Assembly (NCBI GenBank): GCA_010909165.1
Contig: MU008211.1
Location: forward strand, 254,232-318,231
Length of the DNA: 64,000 bases
Direction: 5' to 3'
From: Anthoceros angustus
Lineage: Eukaryota; Plantae; Anthocerotophyta
This document shows, piece after piece, positions 58,338 through 64,000 of this stretch (position 1 is its first letter; every line of letters begins with the position of its first letter). The notes below the pieces were generated by a model. The model saw only the letters and a program-made list of their open reading frames with translations, did no database searches and was not told the DNA's origin. The position numbers and the translations under genes are program-made.

Positions 58338-61300
58338 TGTAAAGGTGTTAAAATCAATGTACTTAGACTAATACACTTAGTCTAAGTTAGGTGTCGATTA
58401 AGTATCATTAGTTTAGCAAGCTAATCACTAGGAAGCTTCTTGTGCTCCTTCTAGGAGCTTCTTGTGGAGCTTCCTAGGAGCCTTCTTGGAGGTATAAATA
58501 CCCTCCAAGCCTCATCTCAATGTGAGAGAGCTACTCTTGCCTCCTCCTCTCCTCTCCTCTTTCCACCATCATGCCTTTGCCCCGATCCTTGGTGGTATCG
58601 AAGCCGAGTGGGCCGTGGTGTGGTCGTCTTTGAGCACAGGCGTACCGCGGCGCCAGCGGTGGAGCGTGTGATGTGTGCTGAATGAGGCGGTGGCGGCCGA
58701 AGCAGGGTCAGGCGGTGAGCGGCCAAATATTGAAATACTCGGTGGAATGATCAGCGGCAAAATACCGCAGACACGGTGTTGTTTTCTTCTTGACTTTTCG
58801 ACAAGGAGTCAGTGTTTTATCTGTATCGATTTTTGAGTCATGATGTCTTCATCATCGAGCGTCATGTTCAATATCGAGAAGTTAGATGGTACTAACTTCC
58901 GTTGGAAAGAACAAGTGTATAATGTTCTAGTGCGAAAAAGCGGATCAAGCCCATAAAGTTGTTAGGCGTCAAACCGGATAGTATGACCGGGATGAGTGGC
59001 GGGACTGGATGAGCTTGCTAGATCTACTATCATGCTAACATTGTCAAAAGCAGTGTACTTCAATGTGAAAGATAAGACCACGAGTTCTGATGTGGCGGTA
59101 TGTGACTGTATGAGAAGCAAAGTGCGGCTTCTCGGTGTATTGGTTGAAGCTGGTGGACTTGAAGATGAAGGAAGGGACGAGGATGTCCGATCATCGAATG
59201 ATTTCAATACCATTTTCAGACTCTCATCTCAAGGTATCACGTTCCCAGTTAGTGAGAGCTATGTTTATTGGTCACATTACGAGAGTTGGGACACCTTTAC
59301 TACGAGTAATTACGCCTAGTGGTCTTACCATTGTAAATGTAGAAGGTAGCACATTGGCGAGGTGAGCAGGAAAAACATGGAACCTTCAAAAGGTTCCGGT
59401 GCCCTCATAGTGAGAGGGAGGTCCTGCGAAGGGAAGCAACCGGACGAAGCTTCTCTCGTAGCAAATCTCGTAGTCGTAACAAGAATGTGGAGTGTCACTA
59501 TTGTCACAAAGGGTCACTTCAAAGAGTGCGAGAAGTTCAAAAGGACCAAGGAAGAGAAGAAGCGGGGCGACAAGAAGGCGACTTAAATGCATCGAGTTGG
59601 AAGAGTTAAACTACGTTGAGGCGGAGATGTCCTTATCTCTTCTTACTTGAATCTTGCAATTAACGGTAGTGGATAGTCATTTATTACGCAATTGGATAAT
59701 TGACTCGGTGCATCTTTCCATGTTACTCCTCATAGAGTGGTTTAGCTATGATGCTACAAGGAAAGGATCGTTAGGCTTGGAAATAACTATGCATGCGGAT
59801 CGCGCGTGGGTGATGTGCAACTCAAGTTTGACAACGGATCTTCATTCATCTTTGAAGGGCGTTAGGCATGTTCGAAGTTGACAAGAGCATGATTAGCGCA
59901 GACGGTTGGATGATCTTTGGTTACCACTTGGTTTGGGGATCACTCTTGGAAGATCTCCAAAGGTTCTCTTGTGTTAGCTCGTGGATCGAAGTGTGGCACT
60001 TTGTACTCACTTGGTAAACCTTGTCAAAGATCATGTGATCGTGACGAGCGACCAAATGTTTCCTTGTGGCATTGCGGTTAGGACATATGTCTCGAGAAGG
60101 GAATGAAGGTTTTATCTCGTTACGGTTATATCCACTTAACTTCTCGATCTCTCGATGTGTGAGCCTTTGTTTATATGGGAAGCAGACAAAATCATCACAT
60201 CGAACACGTAAAGTAAGTAAACCTCTTGAGTTGGTTCACGATGTATGTGGACCTATGCCTCTTGCATCATTAGGCGGTGCCTCTTATTTTGTCACTTTCA
60301 TAGATGATTTCTCACGCAAGGTGTGGGTTTATCCTTTGAGGAAAAAGGATGAAGTTACGGTGTTTGAAATTTGTCACCCTTGTAGAGAATCGGTCAACCG
60401 ATTGAAGTGTCTAAGGGCGGATAATGGTGGAAGTATGTTTGAAAGCTTTCCGGTCATTACGTGATTCCAAGGGAATCAAAAGAGCTGCGTATACTCCTCC
60501 ACAAAATGGTGTGGGTGGCGGATGAGCAGAACCATTCGAGGAGAGGATCGTGGTTGTTGTCAAACTACGGATTGCCTAATGGGTTTTGGGCGAGCGATGT
60601 CTCTGCATTCATCTTATTAATGATCTCCTAATAAAATTTGTTGATGGCGAGTTCGGAGGAGCTATAGTGCGGAAAGAAACCATCCTACAAGCATCTGCGA
60701 GTGTTTGGTATGAGGCATCTTATGTTCCAAAAGAGTTTCGGGACAAGTTGGCACCTAAGTCCAAGAAATGTATTTTTCTTGGCTATGGTGATTGGTGAGA
60801 TGGGATACCGTTTGTGGGATCGAGGCTAGAAAGGTTGTTCGTACTAACGTGTTCTTCAATGAGAACAAGATGCGAAGCCTACTCCAATGTGGAGGTGCGA
60901 AGGGTGATCTTCAAGAAGATGGACATGATCATCATGGGCGGGTTGATACGTGGTGTGCGAGCACATTCCTCCACCGATAGATGAACCAAGAGTCGAACAA
61001 GCACCTATAGAGGTGCACAGTGCTTTGGGTCGAGGGATTACACGACCTCACGGCGGTATGATCCATCTGGATTATGTTATCTTGTTATGGGGAACCCTCT
61101 TCTTACAAAGAGGCCATGTCAATGAGTAACAAAGAGAAGTGGGAGAAGGCCATGCGATCGAAATGAATTTGCATAAGAACCAAACTTGGGAGTTGGTTCG
61201 GTTGCCTAAGGATAAGAGGCACTCTGGTGCAAATGGGTGTACAAGATGAAGGTCATACGCTTGATGGCAAACCAAAGTACAAGGCACGATTGGTTGCTAA

Positions 61301-62858
61301 GGGTTTCAAGCAACAACAGGCATTGACTTTGATGAGATTTTCTCACCGATAGTCAAAATGACAACTTTGCGATGTGTTCTTGCTTTGGTTGCGGGATGAT
61401 ATGGAACTTGGATGGATGTCAAGCGGCATTCTTGCATGGTGACCTTCAAGAGGAAGTCTACATCGCAACGAGAAGGTTTTGTTGAGGGCAAAGAGCATCG
61501 GTGTGCGGGTTGAGGAAGAGCCTTTATGGTTTGAAGCAGGCACCAGTGGTATCACAAGTTCCACTCATTTATGCTTTCTCAAGGCTACAAGCGTGGCGAT
61601 GAGGATCATTGCCTCTATCTGAAGCAAGCTAAGGATCAAAGCTTGCTCATTTTGATCCTCTATGTGGATGATATGCTAATTCTTTGGGAGCGATCTTGAT
61701 GAGATTTGACGTTGAAGTCAAAGTTGAATGCTCACTTTGAAATAGCAGACTTGGGAGGCGAGCCATATACTTGGCATGCGTATTCGTCGGAGCAGGACAT
61801 AAGCGTCACTTTATTTGTCTCGACGGAATACATTAACGAGTGCTTCAACGTTTCAACATGGAGAAGGGAAGCCATTGGGTACTCCATTGCCTCCATATGT
61901 GAAACTTTCAAGCGCGGATTGCCCAAGCTACGAGGAGGACAAAATGAAATGGAGAAGGTCCCATACTCATCGTGTAGGGAGTTTGATGTATGCAATGATT
62001 GCTACGTCGACATTGCCTTTGTGGGAGTGGTTAGCGAGTTTATGTCAAACCACGGCAAGAAGCATTGGGAGGCGATAAAAGGAGTTATGAGGTATGAATG
62101 GTACAAAAGCTTTGTGCATATGTTTTGGTAGTGAAGATGCATGTGTGGTTGGGTACACGGATCGATTATGCGAGGATATGGACAAAGGAGGTCCACATCG
62201 GGTTATGTCTTCATGCCTTTGGAGGATCTCATGGCGATCTCGTTTGCGATCGTGCATTCGCTATCTACCACAGGCCGAGTATGTTGCGACAAGGCTTGCA
62301 AGGAAGCCATATGGCTTGCTCGTTTAGTGGGAGACTTGGGGATCAAGGTTGGCGGTGTTGCATTGTGATAGCAGTGCTATCAATTGGCAAAGAATCCGAT
62401 GTTTCATGCGAAGACTAAACATGTGGATGTGAGTATCACTTCATTCGAGAGGTGTTGGACGACAAGAGGTACAACTTGTCAAGGTTCACACCGAACCCTG
62501 ATATTCTTACCAAGGGACTCTCTCTAGACAATTTGCACAAGCTCGGACAAGATGGGCATGAGATAGTCCATTCTCCTCTGAAGGTAAATTGGCCTTTAAG
62601 TGGGAGGTTGTAAGGGTATTAAAGCCCAATGTACTTAGACTAATACACTTAGTCTAAGTTAGGTGTCGATTAAGTATCATTAGTTTAGCAAGCTAATCAC
62701 TAGGAAGCTTCTTGTGCTCCTTCCTAGGAGCTTCTTGTGGAGCTTCCTAGGGAGCCTATTGGAGGTATAAATACCCTCCAAGCCTCATCTCAATGTGAGA
62801 GAGCTACTCTTGCTCCTCCTCTCCTCTCCTCTTTCCACCGCCGTGCCCCGATCCTTCA
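58338..62858 (+). mobile_element. Full-length Ty1/copia element E (Tnt1/Tork-like), nested in the gypsy integrase
   Basis: LTRs 58338-~58590 and 62609-62858; PBS-like TGGTATCGAAGCC 58593-58605; PPT AAGTGGGAGG 62598-62607; gag IEKLDGTNF, CHYCHK.GH knuckle, WIIDS(G), INT, RT LYVDDMLI, RH AKTKHVDV; imperfect TSD (ATAAG vs CCAAG). Confidence 0.93.
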
Positions 62859-63470
62859 CCAAGATGTGGTGTTGCATTCGCTACCCATCGTGGGACTTTT
62901 TTCGAGATGGTGCACGATCAATGCCGAACTACGGTCACGGGCAACCTTGAGACATTGCATGTTGATGATCGAACATTTCGGTGGGTGGAGTTGGCCAATC
63001 GAAGTTCGCATAATACACGACGTTTTTGCAATGTGTTCTCAAGCCGATATGGTAGGCCGAGGTGTTGACGGACCAAGGCAATGAGTTTGAGGAGAGTTTC
63101 AAGCACCTTCGGATCAAGTCGATAGATCACGCAGACGAACCTCCCGGATCACCCAGTCGATGGGTTGGCGGAGGCGTTTAGTCCGGACCTTCAAGGACTC
63201 TCGCAAATATTGTATGGAGATAGAGCCCGATTCTTTGGGGACGAGCTATTGCCTTATGTAGCTCTAGGATCGAATCGTGCAAGCCGCGCTTGGTAACTTC
63301 AATCCTACTACATCATGTTTGGCGAAATGCAATCATGCCAAACATAGTAGCGTTTACTCCAAGCCCGTGGGCCCGGGCATGGAAACCGCTCATCACACCT
63401 CTCGATTTCTAGATCATTCCAGTAGAGTTACATCGGTGGCATACGTTCCTATGAAGACGCACATCTGAGG
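62859..63470 (+). pseudogene. Gypsy integrase catalytic core (continuation after copia E)
   Basis: DVVLHSLPIVGLF.RW, MLMIEHF, (V)LTDQGNEF, HP(Q)SDGLAE, WDELLPYVALG. Confidence 0.85.
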
Positions 63471-63490
63471 AATGCTAGGCCTTGATTGTA

Positions 63491-64000
63491 CTATATGGAA
63501 ACACTGTTCGGCACACCTCTCCCTGTCACGCCAGGCACCACCACTTGCTTGCCGTTCTTCTCCACGAACTCCGTCCGCGGGTGCAGCAGGAGGTGGGGAT
63601 GACAGCTGCGCCTCCTCAGCTTCAGGTCCGGGTTCCTGTTCCTGCGATCTATTTCCGCTCCGACGGCCTGGATGGCGGAGGAGAATCTGTCCAAGGCTGC
63701 CAGGGCGCGCTCGTCTTCCGTCCAGTGCGCAGGCCGCTCGCCGATGAATTCCTCGTCTCTAGAATGGGTCGACAGCAGCTGCACTGTGGACATCAACTTG
63801 GTCGCCTGCACCTGGTTGGGGAGGGTTGCCAGGAAAAACGTCTCCGGTCTGGCCAGGAAGGCTTCGTATTCTGGAGAGTTCTCTTCGGAATGAGTCGTCT
63901 CGCCAGGGTCGGTCTGTTGGGGACGTATCCGCCGTAGGCATACTGCCCAGTTCACTGCGGCGTGCTGTGCTGAGGAGACCCAGATGACGGTGGTCAGGAT
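63491..64000 (-). CDS. LOX: Lipoxygenase, 3' terminal exon (gene extends beyond the window; frameshifts present)
   Basis: ILTTVIWVSSAQHAAVN(F)GQYAYGGYVPNRPTLARRLIP, LSTHSRDEEFIGER, and C-terminus GVTGRGVPNSVSI. Confidence 0.92.
   Translation of the reverse strand: MLTTVIWVSSAQHAAVNWAVCLRRIRPQQTDPGETTHSEENSPEYEAFLARPETFFLATLPNQVQATKLMSTVQLLSTHSRDEEFIGERPAHWTEDERALAALDRFSSAIQAVGAEIDRRNRNPDLKLRRRSCHPHLLLHPRTEFVEKNGKQVVVPGVTGRGVPNSVSI

Larger units (their letters stand above)
49600..63470 (+). mobile_element. Ty3/gypsy retrotransposon with domain order gag-PR-C5 MTase-RT-RH-INT, interrupted by copia E; LTRs not resolved
   Basis: gag 49662-50990; protease VLVDTGAD at ~51540; MTase motifs 52190-55050; RT MCGDYRALN / MPFGLKNA / YIDD; RH LYTDWS..TDHQPL; INT HHCC 58190-58315 and core 62859-63400. 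Confidence 0.9.

Overview
Eukaryotic nuclear DNA from an early-diverging land plant. A hornwort is the best inference, because the PPR-DYW:KP genes end in the tripeptide GRP. The window is a dense nest of transposons. It contains a MULE/SWIM remnant, six Ty1/copia elements, a Sola2-like DNA transposon with RING-type cargo, TG..CA elements with 5-bp TSDs but no paired LTRs, a 5'-truncated CRE-like LINE, and a Ty3/gypsy element with a DNMT3-like cytosine methyltransferase between protease and RT. Host genes are two tandem PLS-PPR-E-DYW:KP(GRP) genes (candidate U-to-C editing factors) and the 3' end of a lipoxygenase. The three strongest leads are: (1) the methyltransferase-carrying gypsy in a land plant; (2) an OSB-type 'PDF' ssDNA-binding motif fused N-terminal to both PPR-GRP proteins; (3) a shared extra ORF (M-x-R-R-G-R ... 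coiled coil ... PxxxDLL) upstream of gag in four related copia elements. Many frameshifts fall at CAG/CTG sites and may be long-read base-calling errors, so pseudogene calls are provisional. All motif assignments were made by eye, and literature references are from memory.
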